Shown here one piece after another: positions 55,312 to 64,000 of a stretch of 64,000 nucleotides of DNA. A program made the position numbers and the translations under genes. Position 1 is the stretch's first letter. Each line of letters starts with the position of its first letter. Origin of the DNA: Pseudomonadota bacterium (GTDB lineage: Bacteria; Desulfobacterota; Desulfobacteria; Desulfobacterales; JBDRRP01). The stretch covers positions 64,001 to 128,000 of the forward strand of contig JBDRRP010000139.1 of NCBI GenBank assembly GCA_043825735.1. Direction: 5' to 3'. The notes beneath the pieces were generated by a model. It worked only from the letters and a program-made list of their open reading frames with translations. It was not told the DNA's origin and searched no databases.

Positions 55312-55443
55312 CCGTTGGTTCCCCTGTCGTTTACTTTTGGTTGCGGTTTGCTTAGGATGGCGCCGAGGTCGTTTCGGGGATGCCCCTTCCGGCAATGCCC
55401 CATGGCCTTGCGTAGCCTAACCTGAACATTTGAGGGAGTCGCC

Positions 55444-56100
55444 ATGCCAACTACCGCTTCACTGCAGGCCCTTCAGGGGCTGCGGGACCTGTCGACCTTG
55501 CAGTGGTACGTCATCCCGCTGTTGTCCATCGTTATTTACATCTATACCGTTGAGATCGGCAAGGCCCGCAACACCGGCAACTGGAACGCCGTAATCGCCG
55601 GGCTGACCCTTTTCGGAATGGACTTTATCAACGAGACCTGGAATGGCTGGGTTTTTCATCTGACCCAGCGTTCGGCCGTGTGGACGGCTCCCGGCCCGAC
55701 CGCCCTGAGGACCATGGTGGGCTGGAACATCGAGATCATGTTCATGTTCGCCATCGCCGGTATCGTCTTTTACAACACCATTTCTGAAGATCCAGAGAGC
55801 CGCATTCTGGGATTGCCTGAAAAATGGTTCTGGGCCGTGGGGTATGCGGCCTTCGCCGTTTTCGTGGAAACGCTTCTCAACAAGGGGGGGCTGCTGATCT
55901 GGGAGTACGAATACTGGGCACGGTCCTTCAAGGGCGTCTGGTTGATATTTTTCTTCGGGTATTTCCACTTCTACGTGGCGGTCATCCTTGTGCTGTCTCT
56001 CAAGCAGATGCGCTCGAGGATCATTGCCGTCGGCAGTCTTTACGCCGTTGCCGTTTTTGCAAACATCCTTGCCCTGGGGGCTCTGGGGTGGCGCTACTAG
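55444..56100 (+). CDS. Conserved hypothetical integral membrane protein
   Basis: About 6 TM helices; MDFINETWN, VGWNIEIMFMF; RBS GGGAG. Confidence 0.8.
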   Translation: MPTTASLQALQGLRDLSTLQWYVIPLLSIVIYIYTVEIGKARNTGNWNAVIAGLTLFGMDFINETWNGWVFHLTQRSAVWTAPGPTALRTMVGWNIEIMFMFAIAGIVFYNTISEDPESRILGLPEKWFWAVGYAAFAVFVETLLNKGGLLIWEYEYWARSFKGVWLIFFFGYFHFYVAVILVLSLKQMRSRIIAVGSLYAVAVFANILALGALGWRY

Positions 56101-56146
56101 CGCCCATCTTTGAAACGGGCTTTAGGCGGTGCCGCGGCCGGCCCGA

Positions 56147-56515
56147 TCACCCTAAAATGTTGACGATTTTCACCATCAGGACCGCCTCCAGGTAGTCCAG
56201 ATCCACCGGTTTAGTGATGAAGTCGTCGGCGCCGTTTTTCAGGGCGTCGTTTCCGAGAGCTTCGTCCGTTACGGCCGTAATCATGATGACCCCGGTGTTG
56301 GGGTGGGCGCTGCAAACCTGGTGCAACACCTCAATGCCGCTCATGCCCGGCATGATGATGTCCAGCAGCACGATGTGAGGTTGCCACTGCGCCACGATTT
56401 CCAGTGCATCGGGGCCGTTTTGCGCCGCCTGAACGGCATAGCCCTTTATTTCCAGAAATTCCTTCAAGGCGCTGCAGACTTCCTTTTCATCGTCGACCAC
56501 GAGAATACGTTCCAT
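56147..56515 (-). CDS. Single-domain response regulator
   Basis: VVDDE, LLDIIMPG, MITA, FITKP. Confidence 0.93.
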   Translation of the reverse strand: MERILVVDDEKEVCSALKEFLEIKGYAVQAAQNGPDALEIVAQWQPHIVLLDIIMPGMSGIEVLHQVCSAHPNTGVIMITAVTDEALGNDALKNGADDFITKPVDLDYLEAVLMVKIVNILG

Positions 56516-56526
56516 CGGCGATCCTC

Positions 56527-58080
56527 CTATGCTGCCGTCATGATTTTTTCCAGCGGTTTATGGGTGACCGGAAACTCCATGAAAAAAGTGGCGCCGGGAC
56601 CGTCCGGGTTGTTTTCCGCCCACAGGTTCCCGCCCTGGTCTTTAACGATGCCGTAAGACAGAAACAGGCCTAGACCGGTGCCTTCCTCCGGCGGCTTGGT
56701 TGAAAAGTAGGGATCGAATATTTTATTGAGAGATTCCGGCGGGATGCCGGTGCCCACGTCCGATACGCGCAGCCTCACGCAATCGCTTTCAGGGCAGACA
56801 CCCGTGCTGATGGCGATGATTTTTTCAGTTTTGCCTTTCATGGCTGCCGCCGCGTTCGACAAAAGGTTGAGCAGCACTTCCTCCACCAGTTTGCGGTCGA
56901 TGAGAACCGGCGGCAATCCTTCGGGAAGGTCGGTTTTCCATCGGACATCCTCCAACCGGAGTTGGGGGGCGTAAAGATTCATGGTGGCCTTGACCACGGT
57001 GTTGATGTCTGTGAGCTGTACGCTTTTGGCGGAGGCCCGGGTAAAGCGCCCAAGATCCTTGGTGATCTCAACGATGCGCTGGAGCTGTTGCTTGCAGATG
57101 GCGAGCACTTCGCGGGACTTGGGGCTGAGGGTCTCGGTTTTTTCAAGAAGCTGCAACCGGATGCTCACGATGTTGGTGGGGTTGAGAATTTCGTGGGCCA
57201 CGCCGGCGGCCAGTTGCCCGATGGAGGCGAGCTTTTCGCTCTGGATAAGCATCCCCTGGGTGGTTTCCAGCTCCTGCATGGCGTTCTTGAGTCTGCTCTC
57301 TGCCTTGATGCGCTCGGAGATGTCCCGGGCCACGCAGATGACCCCGGCCGGCTGCATGCCTCTTTTCGGTGAAGCAAAAAAAACGGAGCTGTTGAAATTG
57401 ACCGGGATGGTGTCGCCTCGCCGGGTCCGCACCATAAGCTCCCGTCCTTCCACGCGCCCGGTTCGCTTGACTTCTTCGCACTGGGTTTCGATGATCTCCG
57501 GATCTTCGGCGATAAATGTGCTCATCACCTTGCCGGTCAGTTCTTTTTCGGAATAGCCCAGCAGGTTGCAGGCCGCCGTGTTCACCCGCCGGATGACCTG
57601 TTCGGTGCTCAGGACGAAAACCGCGTCGACCATGGAGCCCAGAACACTCTCCGCATATTCCTTGGCGCGCTTGAGGGAGGACTCCATCTCAAGAAACCGC
57701 AGCCCGGTGTGCAGCCGTGCCAGCAGCTCCTCTTTCTGGAAGGGTTTCTTTAAGTATTCGTCGGCGCCGGCTTCCAGGCCGTCGATGATGTCTTCAGAGC
57801 CCTCCCGGGCGGTGAGCAGCAGAATGTACACGTATCCGGGGCGAGGTGTTGTCCGGATGGCACGGCACAGTTCCACGCCGTTCATTTCGGGCATGTTCCA
57901 GTCGGTGATGATCATGGGGTAGTGGCGCTTGGCGAGGATGTCCATGGCCTGCCGCCCGTTTTCAGCCACGGCGACCTTGTAGCCGGCATGCTTGAGCGTG
58001 ACTTCAAGAAACTGCCGGGACACCCGGTTGTCTTCCACCACCAAAATGGGATAGCGGAACTGTTCTTTGGATTGTTTCAT
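56527..58080 (-). CDS. Hybrid REC-PAS histidine kinase
   Basis: VEDN...ITDWNMP...KPF; AGVAHEILNP; GTGLGL. Confidence 0.92.
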   Translation of the reverse strand: MKQSKEQFRYPILVVEDNRVSRQFLEVTLKHAGYKVAVAENGRQAMDILAKRHYPMIITDWNMPEMNGVELCRAIRTTPRPGYVYILLLTAREGSEDIIDGLEAGADEYLKKPFQKEELLARLHTGLRFLEMESSLKRAKEYAESVLGSMVDAVFVLSTEQVIRRVNTAACNLLGYSEKELTGKVMSTFIAEDPEIIETQCEEVKRTGRVEGRELMVRTRRGDTIPVNFNSSVFFASPKRGMQPAGVICVARDISERIKAESRLKNAMQELETTQGMLIQSEKLASIGQLAAGVAHEILNPTNIVSIRLQLLEKTETLSPKSREVLAICKQQLQRIVEITKDLGRFTRASAKSVQLTDINTVVKATMNLYAPQLRLEDVRWKTDLPEGLPPVLIDRKLVEEVLLNLLSNAAAAMKGKTEKIIAISTGVCPESDCVRLRVSDVGTGIPPESLNKIFDPYFSTKPPEEGTGLGLFLSYGIVKDQGGNLWAENNPDGPGATFFMEFPVTHKPLEKIMTAA

Positions 58081-58299
58081 TGCCGAGCCTTGTGGGTCGT
58101 AAGGGGCGCCCTCCGTCCCCTGTTACCGAAATCACCGAGCAGTGATGATATCCCGGAACGATATGTTCTCTATGGGGAAATGTAAAGATTTTTATCCGGG
58201 CGCTAAGATAGGATATGCGGTGTTGACGGAGGGGATCTGACCGGCGGTGGATCAACGGAGCGATCCATCATGTTGCCGTCACCTTGACCTTGAACGATG

Positions 58300-58315
58300 A
58301 TCTCATTTTTGAGAT
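58300..58315. promoter_or_regulatory. Candidate operator palindrome upstream of the hydroxy-acid dehydrogenase
   Basis: ATCTCA-TTTT-TGAGAT, with a further half-site TCTCAAAA at ~58332. Confidence 0.45.
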
Positions 58316-58359
58316 GGTATCCACAAGCGGTCTCAAAATTACTGCAACCCGGAGGAACT

Positions 58360-59370
58360 ATGGACGATATTCGAAAAAGAGCCAGGGAGCGCATGAAAGG
58401 ATACTGCCGGGTGTGCCCGGTCTGCAATGGTGTCGCCTGTGCCGGGGAAGTCCCGGGGATGGGCGGTCTGGGGACGGCGTCGAGCTTCAAGGCCAACGTG
58501 GCGGCGCTGGCCGCCGAACGCTTCAATATGCGTCTCATTCACGGCGTGGGTGAACCGGACACTCGCGTCACGGTGCTGGGCGGGAAACTGGCGCTTCCGG
58601 TACTGGCCGCTCCCATCGGCGGCGTAGAATTCAATATGGGCGGCAGTGTTTCCGAGCAGGACTACATCCGGGCAATCATTCTGGGCTGCCACGAGAAGGG
58701 TATCTTAGGGTGCACGGGCGACGGGGTGCCCGCCTTCATCCACGCGTCCGGGTTCAATGCCATCCGGGAGGCTGGCGGCGCGGGGATCCCCTTCATCAAA
58801 CCCTGGGAAGAGGTCGAGCTTTTCGAAAAGATGGAAAAGGCCGAAGCCACGGGCGCTACGATCTGGGGCATCGATATCGATGCCGCCGGGCTTGTTACGC
58901 TGAAGAAGATGGGGCGCCCGGTGACCCCCAGGGACGCTGCGGCGCTTTCGGCAATCATCGGCCGCACACCGATGAAGTGCATCCTGAAAGGCATCATGAC
59001 GCCCGACGAGGCGCGCCTGGCCGTGGATGCCGGGGCCCACGGCATCGTGGTGAGCAACCACGGCGGCCGGGTGATGGACCACACGCCGGGCGTGGCCGAA
59101 GTGCTGCCGGCCGTTTCGGCGGCCGTCAAGGGCCAGATCGCGGTGCTGGCCGACGGCGGCGTGCGCACCGGCGGCGACGTGCTCAAGATGCTGGCGCTGG
59201 GCGCCGATGCCGTGATGATCGGGCGCCCCTTTGCGGTGGCGGCCGTGGGCGGTCAGCAACCGGGGGTGGCCACGTACATCGACACCCTGCGCGGTGAATT
59301 GATTCAGGCCATGGTGCTCACCGGTACGGCCAGCGTGGTCGATGTGTCGCCGCGGGTTTTGTACCGATAA
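58360..59370 (+). CDS. FMN-dependent alpha-hydroxy-acid dehydrogenase with N-terminal Cys cluster
   Basis: CRVCPVCNGVAC; LKGI; VSNHGGR; DGGVRTGGD; IGRP. Confidence 0.93.
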   Translation: MDDIRKRARERMKGYCRVCPVCNGVACAGEVPGMGGLGTASSFKANVAALAAERFNMRLIHGVGEPDTRVTVLGGKLALPVLAAPIGGVEFNMGGSVSEQDYIRAIILGCHEKGILGCTGDGVPAFIHASGFNAIREAGGAGIPFIKPWEEVELFEKMEKAEATGATIWGIDIDAAGLVTLKKMGRPVTPRDAAALSAIIGRTPMKCILKGIMTPDEARLAVDAGAHGIVVSNHGGRVMDHTPGVAEVLPAVSAAVKGQIAVLADGGVRTGGDVLKMLALGADAVMIGRPFAVAAVGGQQPGVATYIDTLRGELIQAMVLTGTASVVDVSPRVLYR

Positions 59371-59567
59371 CGGCGACGGCACCCGACCTGTGGGCCAAAA
59401 GGCCCCCAACGCACTGGGCCCGGCACCGATCGGGCGATCCTGGGCGGGTGCCGGCACCGCGACGCCTGGAGCGCCCGCTGCATCCGCCGGATGGCTTTTC
59501 CTGAAGACATGATGGTGCCCGGGCTCTGTTTTCGCCTCGTATTGCGGCCCGGGGTCCACCGATAAAC

Positions 59568-62500
59568 TCATCCATCCCCGTGCAGGATGAAAACGGCCCA
59601 GTAGAACGGGTTCGGATATTTCGCCTTCATGTCCCGGCGGGCCTGTACGAGGGCCTCGGAGCGGCTCCGGCCCTCTTTGAGGTAGCCGTAGTAGGTGGTC
59701 ATGTAGGTGACCGCCTCCTTGGAGGCCAGGGCCCAGAGGCTCACGACCACGCTTTTTGACCCGGCGTGCATGAATGCACTGGCCAGGCTTCCCACGCCTT
59801 CGCCTTCCGTGACGGCGCCCTTCCCGGTAACGCAGGCTGATAAAACGACCATATCGGCATGCAGATCCAGATCGAGCACTTCCGACAGGGTTAAAAATCC
59901 ATCATCTTCTCCGCGGTTTTCCACCTGGCCAAGCAGCAGGAACGGCTCCTTAATCCCCTGCACCGTGCCGGGCAGATCGGCATGCGTGGCAAAGTGAAGC
60001 ATCCGGTAGTCGCCAAGACGCGTTGCGCGAAGCCGGGTTTCGCTGGCATCCAGGTTGAGCAGCACGTCCGGCGGGGTCGGCGACACCCCCAGCAGCCGCG
60101 CGATGGCACGCACCTCGTCTTCGGTTTCAGGCAGGGGCGGAAAATAGACGCTCTTCCATTCATCCGCATCGCTGTCGCTGCGGGGAACCATTGTCAGCCC
60201 CCGGAAGCCGAAGCGCTCCGGATCGCCCGAAGGCGCCGCGGCCGGGGCGCCGGCCGGCTGCGCGGCGGCCGGCTGCGCGGCGGCCCTGGGATCTGACGGG
60301 TCGTAGACCGGATTGCCCAAGGCAAACAAAGGCCGCGCACCCGCAGCGGCATCGAGCATGCGGGTCAGGGCGAGGACGGTGGCCGACTGCACGTAGGAGA
60401 ACGTCCACCGATCGGCGGCGTAAACAGGGGGCGCGGCGCCTTTTTGCGCTGCGACCACCAGGGCCTCGAAGGGAAGCATCCCGAGCATCCCGTCGGGAAC
60501 GATGATGATTCTGGTTCCAGCGGCGGTCGCCGCCAGCGCCTTTGAAAGGAGGACCTCGTAGAGTTCCCCGGCGGCCTGCTCTGAAAACCCGGCACCCGCG
60601 TTTGTGCTGAGCGATGCCATCAGGTTTTTGACCATGGCCTCCAGTTTTTCGCGCCCCACAGGAATCCTGATCACTTGTGAAATGCCTCCCTGCCTGACGA
60701 CGAACACGGTACAGGCGCCCTCCCCGAGGGCATACTCCAGCAGCACTTCATCGGGCTTGAGCGCCAGTGCGTCTGCCGCCATGGGCTTGGGGTAGTTGAG
60801 GGCGGCATAGAGCGGGTCGGCTTTTCGCAACAGCGCCACGAAGGCGGACTGATCTTTCAAAAGCCGCTGCCGATCTGCGATCAACGCATCCAGCGGGGCG
60901 CCGCCCTGGCGGTAGGCTGCCTCCCAGCGGAGGTCCAGCTCGGTTGAGCGCTCCCGGAGGACGTCCTCCTGCTTTCTAAGGGTGTCGGGCAGGCGGGCGC
61001 GGCCTCCGTTTTTGGAAGCCGAGGCCATGGCTTCCAGCAGGACCCGGGCTTTGGTCGCTTCGGCAAAATAGAACGCGCTGGCGGCGGTGCTGCTGCCGAA
61101 GGTCGAAAACTGTGCGTCCTCGGTGTCTCCGGCGATATACCGCTCGGCCAACGATTCGACCAGCGCGCGGTAGGCCCGGAACCGGCCGCCGGCGCTGCCG
61201 CCGCCGAGAAATCCCCCTTTGTCGCCCGCCGACCGGCGCATCTCCTCGATGATCGCAACCGACTTCAGCAGTTGCCGGGACGCTTCGGCGGCGCGGCCCT
61301 CTCCTTTGAGTGCCCGGCCATACTGGCTGTAATAGTCGGCCCGGTAAGCGTCTCGCTGCCGGGCATCGTCGGGCATGCTTTTCAGATATGCCATCGCCTC
61401 TTCAAAGCGCCCGGTGGCGATGCAGGTTTCCACCAGCCCTGAATAATTGAGCCGGACTCCCGTGATCCGCGCCTGCAACGCCTTTCTTTCGTTGAAGGCC
61501 GCCTCCGCCTCCCGGTAGCGTTTTTGAAACAGATAGACCGCGCCGATATTATCCAGTGTTTTTGCGATTTCCCGCGGGTTGTCCATCTGCCGGCGCAGAT
61601 CCAGCGCCTGGTCGAGATATGTGAGTGCACTCTCGTAGCGGCCCGTGTGATAGTAGTTCATGCCGATGTTGTTGAGGTTGATGGCCGTCTCGGCGGGCAG
61701 GTGGAGCGCCCTGTTGGTGACAAGCGCCTCCTTGAAATAGGGCAGGGCCTTCTCGTCCTGACCGATGGTCGCATAAAGATTGCCGATGTTGTTGAGATTG
61801 ACGGCGACGTCGGCCTCTCTGGAAAGCGCCCGGTTGAGGGTGAGCGACTCCTGGTAGGCGCTAAGGGCCATGTCGTATCTGCCGAGATCGAAATAGGTGG
61901 TGCCAAGGTTGTTCAGGCCCATTGCGATCCGGAATTTCAGGTCGTGTCTTCTGGCTTCGTCGAGGGCCTGGTTGTAGTAGTCGATGGCTTTTTCATATCG
62001 GTAGAGGTCGGCGTAGGCACTCCCCAGGCTGTTGAGGCCCGCGGCGATGTCGTCGGGTTGGTTCAGTTGCCGGTTGCCGGCGAGCGCCTCTTCGTAGAGG
62101 GGGATCGCCCGCTCATATTCCCCGAGGCCGGCATAGGCCCTGCCCATGTTGTGGAGCACCGCGGCGATCCCCCCGGCGTTTTTGAGCTTCCGGTTGGTCC
62201 GCAGCGCAAATTCCAGGGACGTGATCGCTTCGCGGTATTTGCCGATATAGACCTTTGCGGAACCCAGGTGATAGGCCGAAAGGGCTGAAAATTCCTCTTC
62301 GTTTATGTCCATGAAGATCTTCAGGGCGTCCTGGATGTGGGTCAGGGCCGCATCGTAGCGCCTGAAGGTGCGGTATTCGAGCACCCCGATGTTGAGCAAG
62401 TTGACGGCCATGTCCGGAGGGCTGTTCAGTTTCCGGTAGATTTCCAGCGACGCCTGGTAGCTGGCCAGGGCCTGCCGGTCGTCTTTGATGCCTTCGTAGG

Positions 62501-62744
62501 CCAGCGCCAGGTTGTAACAGGTGGTGCCGGCCCCATCGAGATCGCCGGCCCGGCGAAAAGCCTCCAGCGCGCGCTGGTAGTAGCCGATGGCCTCTGTAAA
62601 TCGGTTCTGCTGGTAGGCCGCCTGGCCCTGGTCCCATAGCGCTTCGGCCTCCGGCGCGCCGGCGTGCGCCGGGGCTGGGATTTGAACGGCCGAGAGGAAA
62701 AGAAGCCACAGGGTGCAAGCTGCGGATCGGAAAGCGGGCGTCAT
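59568..62744 (-). CDS. TPR plus CHAT (caspase-like protease) protein with signal peptide
   Basis: About 10 TPRs (NNLG/NNIG); IVPDG.L..LPFEAL, LHFATH, GFLT..EV, VVLSAC, SLW, NPFYWA.F. Confidence 0.93.
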   Translation of the reverse strand: MTPAFRSAACTLWLLFLSAVQIPAPAHAGAPEAEALWDQGQAAYQQNRFTEAIGYYQRALEAFRRAGDLDGAGTTCYNLALAYEGIKDDRQALASYQASLEIYRKLNSPPDMAVNLLNIGVLEYRTFRRYDAALTHIQDALKIFMDINEEEFSALSAYHLGSAKVYIGKYREAITSLEFALRTNRKLKNAGGIAAVLHNMGRAYAGLGEYERAIPLYEEALAGNRQLNQPDDIAAGLNSLGSAYADLYRYEKAIDYYNQALDEARRHDLKFRIAMGLNNLGTTYFDLGRYDMALSAYQESLTLNRALSREADVAVNLNNIGNLYATIGQDEKALPYFKEALVTNRALHLPAETAINLNNIGMNYYHTGRYESALTYLDQALDLRRQMDNPREIAKTLDNIGAVYLFQKRYREAEAAFNERKALQARITGVRLNYSGLVETCIATGRFEEAMAYLKSMPDDARQRDAYRADYYSQYGRALKGEGRAAEASRQLLKSVAIIEEMRRSAGDKGGFLGGGSAGGRFRAYRALVESLAERYIAGDTEDAQFSTFGSSTAASAFYFAEATKARVLLEAMASASKNGGRARLPDTLRKQEDVLRERSTELDLRWEAAYRQGGAPLDALIADRQRLLKDQSAFVALLRKADPLYAALNYPKPMAADALALKPDEVLLEYALGEGACTVFVVRQGGISQVIRIPVGREKLEAMVKNLMASLSTNAGAGFSEQAAGELYEVLLSKALAATAAGTRIIIVPDGMLGMLPFEALVVAAQKGAAPPVYAADRWTFSYVQSATVLALTRMLDAAAGARPLFALGNPVYDPSDPRAAAQPAAAQPAGAPAAAPSGDPERFGFRGLTMVPRSDSDADEWKSVYFPPLPETEDEVRAIARLLGVSPTPPDVLLNLDASETRLRATRLGDYRMLHFATHADLPGTVQGIKEPFLLLGQVENRGEDDGFLTLSEVLDLDLHADMVVLSACVTGKGAVTEGEGVGSLASAFMHAGSKSVVVSLWALASKEAVTYMTTYYGYLKEGRSRSEALVQARRDMKAKYPNPFYWAVFILHGDG

Positions 62745-62927
62745 AACACCTCCAAGGAAGGGTTCACTTCAGGAAGGAAAACGCTACACCACAAAACGAT
62801 GCCCGGGCAATGGGAATCGGCGGGGGGCGAGGGCGGGATTCAGGGATTGAGAGACCCCGGCGCCCGCAACACCCGCTTTGTCGTCGGCGGGGAGGTGCGC
62901 GCCGGGGCCTGGACCGGCGCCGGCGGC

Positions 62928-64000
62928 TCATTTGCGATCGGATGCCCGGTCGATGTCGATGATGGTTTTCTCCAGATAGCTTTTGGTTTCGTAGCGTGCG
63001 ATTCTCATCAGCTTGGTGCTGATGACCTTCAGTCGCTCCACCTGCGCGATGATTTTTGCGAGCCGGTTGGTAACGGCTTCATGCCCGGGGGTGTCCAGCC
63101 CGAGTAGTTCCACATAGCCGAGGATCGCCATGAGGGGCTGGTTCATCTCATGGCACACGGCTCCGGCCATCTCCAGCACCCCCTGGAGGCGCTCCTTTTC
63201 CCGCAGGGCCTCCTCCTTGCGCCGTCGATCCGTGGTGTCCTCGAAAATTCCGATGGCGCCGGCGATGTCTCCCTCCGGGGCTCGGATGGGTTGGGTCAGC
63301 ACTCGCAGCGAGATGACTTTTTTGGAAATAATCGAGGTGTAATCCCCGTTGAAAGCCCCTTGGCGGCCGGCCAGGGCGTCGGTAATGGCGTGGTTCATCT
63401 CCGGATTCTCCACCTGTGCAATCGTATTGATTCCCTGCAGGATGTCGGCGGGCACTGCGAGGATGCGCGAAAACGCTTCGTTGAAGTCGATGATGACCCC
63501 ATGGCGGTCGACCTGGACGATGCCCAGCGGCGACTGGTTGAACAGCAGGCGGTATCGTCGCTCGTTGTCCCTGAGCGCCAGTTCCATCTGCTGGTTGTTC
63601 ATGGTCATCAGCCCGATCATGAGCAGTATGTCGGCCAGGCCGTAGACGATGACGCTGAACCCGTGAAGGGTTCCGGCGGTCATGAAATCCGTCAGGTGCC
63701 CCTCGAGCAGGAGGGTGACCGTCGCGCGGGCGGCGAAAAATGCCGCTGACAGCAGACCGGTCCCCATCACCAGGAGGTTGTTCACGGGGGACGGGGAACG
63801 ACCGCCGCGGTGCACAGCCCAGGCGATTTGAAGATAGACCAGCATCAGGGCCAGGGAGATGACGACGATCCGGGCGCTGACGTCGGGATGCCGGAAGGTG
63901 AAGAGGAAAAACAGAATCACTACGGCGGCGGTGAGCAGGATATCTGGTGCCGGGGACGTGGTGCGGCCCGCGAAACGTAGGATACCGCGGTGAATCAACA
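62928..64000 (-). CDS. Membrane PAS-HisKA protein lacking a HATPase domain; 5' end outside the window
   Basis: TM helices, PAS, AGAVCHEMNQPL, then stop ~60 aa later. Confidence 0.8.
   Translation of the reverse strand, partial: LIHRGILRFAGRTTSPAPDILLTAAVVILFFLFTFRHPDVSARIVVISLALMLVYLQIAWAVHRGGRSPSPVNNLLVMGTGLLSAAFFAARATVTLLLEGHLTDFMTAGTLHGFSVIVYGLADILLMIGLMTMNNQQMELALRDNERRYRLLFNQSPLGIVQVDRHGVIIDFNEAFSRILAVPADILQGINTIAQVENPEMNHAITDALAGRQGAFNGDYTSIISKKVISLRVLTQPIRAPEGDIAGAIGIFEDTTDRRRKEEALREKERLQGVLEMAGAVCHEMNQPLMAILGYVELLGLDTPGHEAVTNRLAKIIAQVERLKVISTKLMRIARYETKSYLEKTIIDIDRASDRK

Noticed and set aside
59568..62744. Craspase/type III-E CRISPR or gasdermin-linked CHAT system
   Set aside because: No Cas7-11, csx30/31, array or gasdermin-like gene nearby; the protein appears exported.

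Overview
64-kb chromosomal window from a high-GC anaerobe. Gene content (rubrerythrin, DUF362, AF1514- and Sfum_1244-like proteins, MetF-MetV fusion, fused HisHF, sigma-54 promoters) suggests Desulfobacterales/Thermodesulfobacteriota; this is inference. Bases ~1.4-14.6 kb form an accessory/defence island: a MazEF-type toxin-antitoxin pair, a RhuM remnant, a Fic protein, a compact nuclease-STAND NTPase, and a type I Wadjet (jetABCD) whose jetA is frameshifted in a C8 homopolymer. The rest is housekeeping, redox and signalling genes. Features missing from the ORF track: (1) a candidate sigma-54-dependent ~190-nt sRNA with a double anti-Shine-Dalgarno tract; (2) hairpin MITE-like elements whose terminal TAG is the stop codon of four genes; (3) several internally collapsed or truncated genes, including a 33-codon superoxide dismutase; (4) a rhodanese selenoprotein remnant with UGA and a SECIS-like hairpin; (5) a 26-aa His/Cys-rich peptide; (6) several periodic and palindromic intergenic repeat families. 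I recognised no rRNA, tRNA, CRISPR array, integrase or transposase gene. All family calls come from motif recognition, not database searches.
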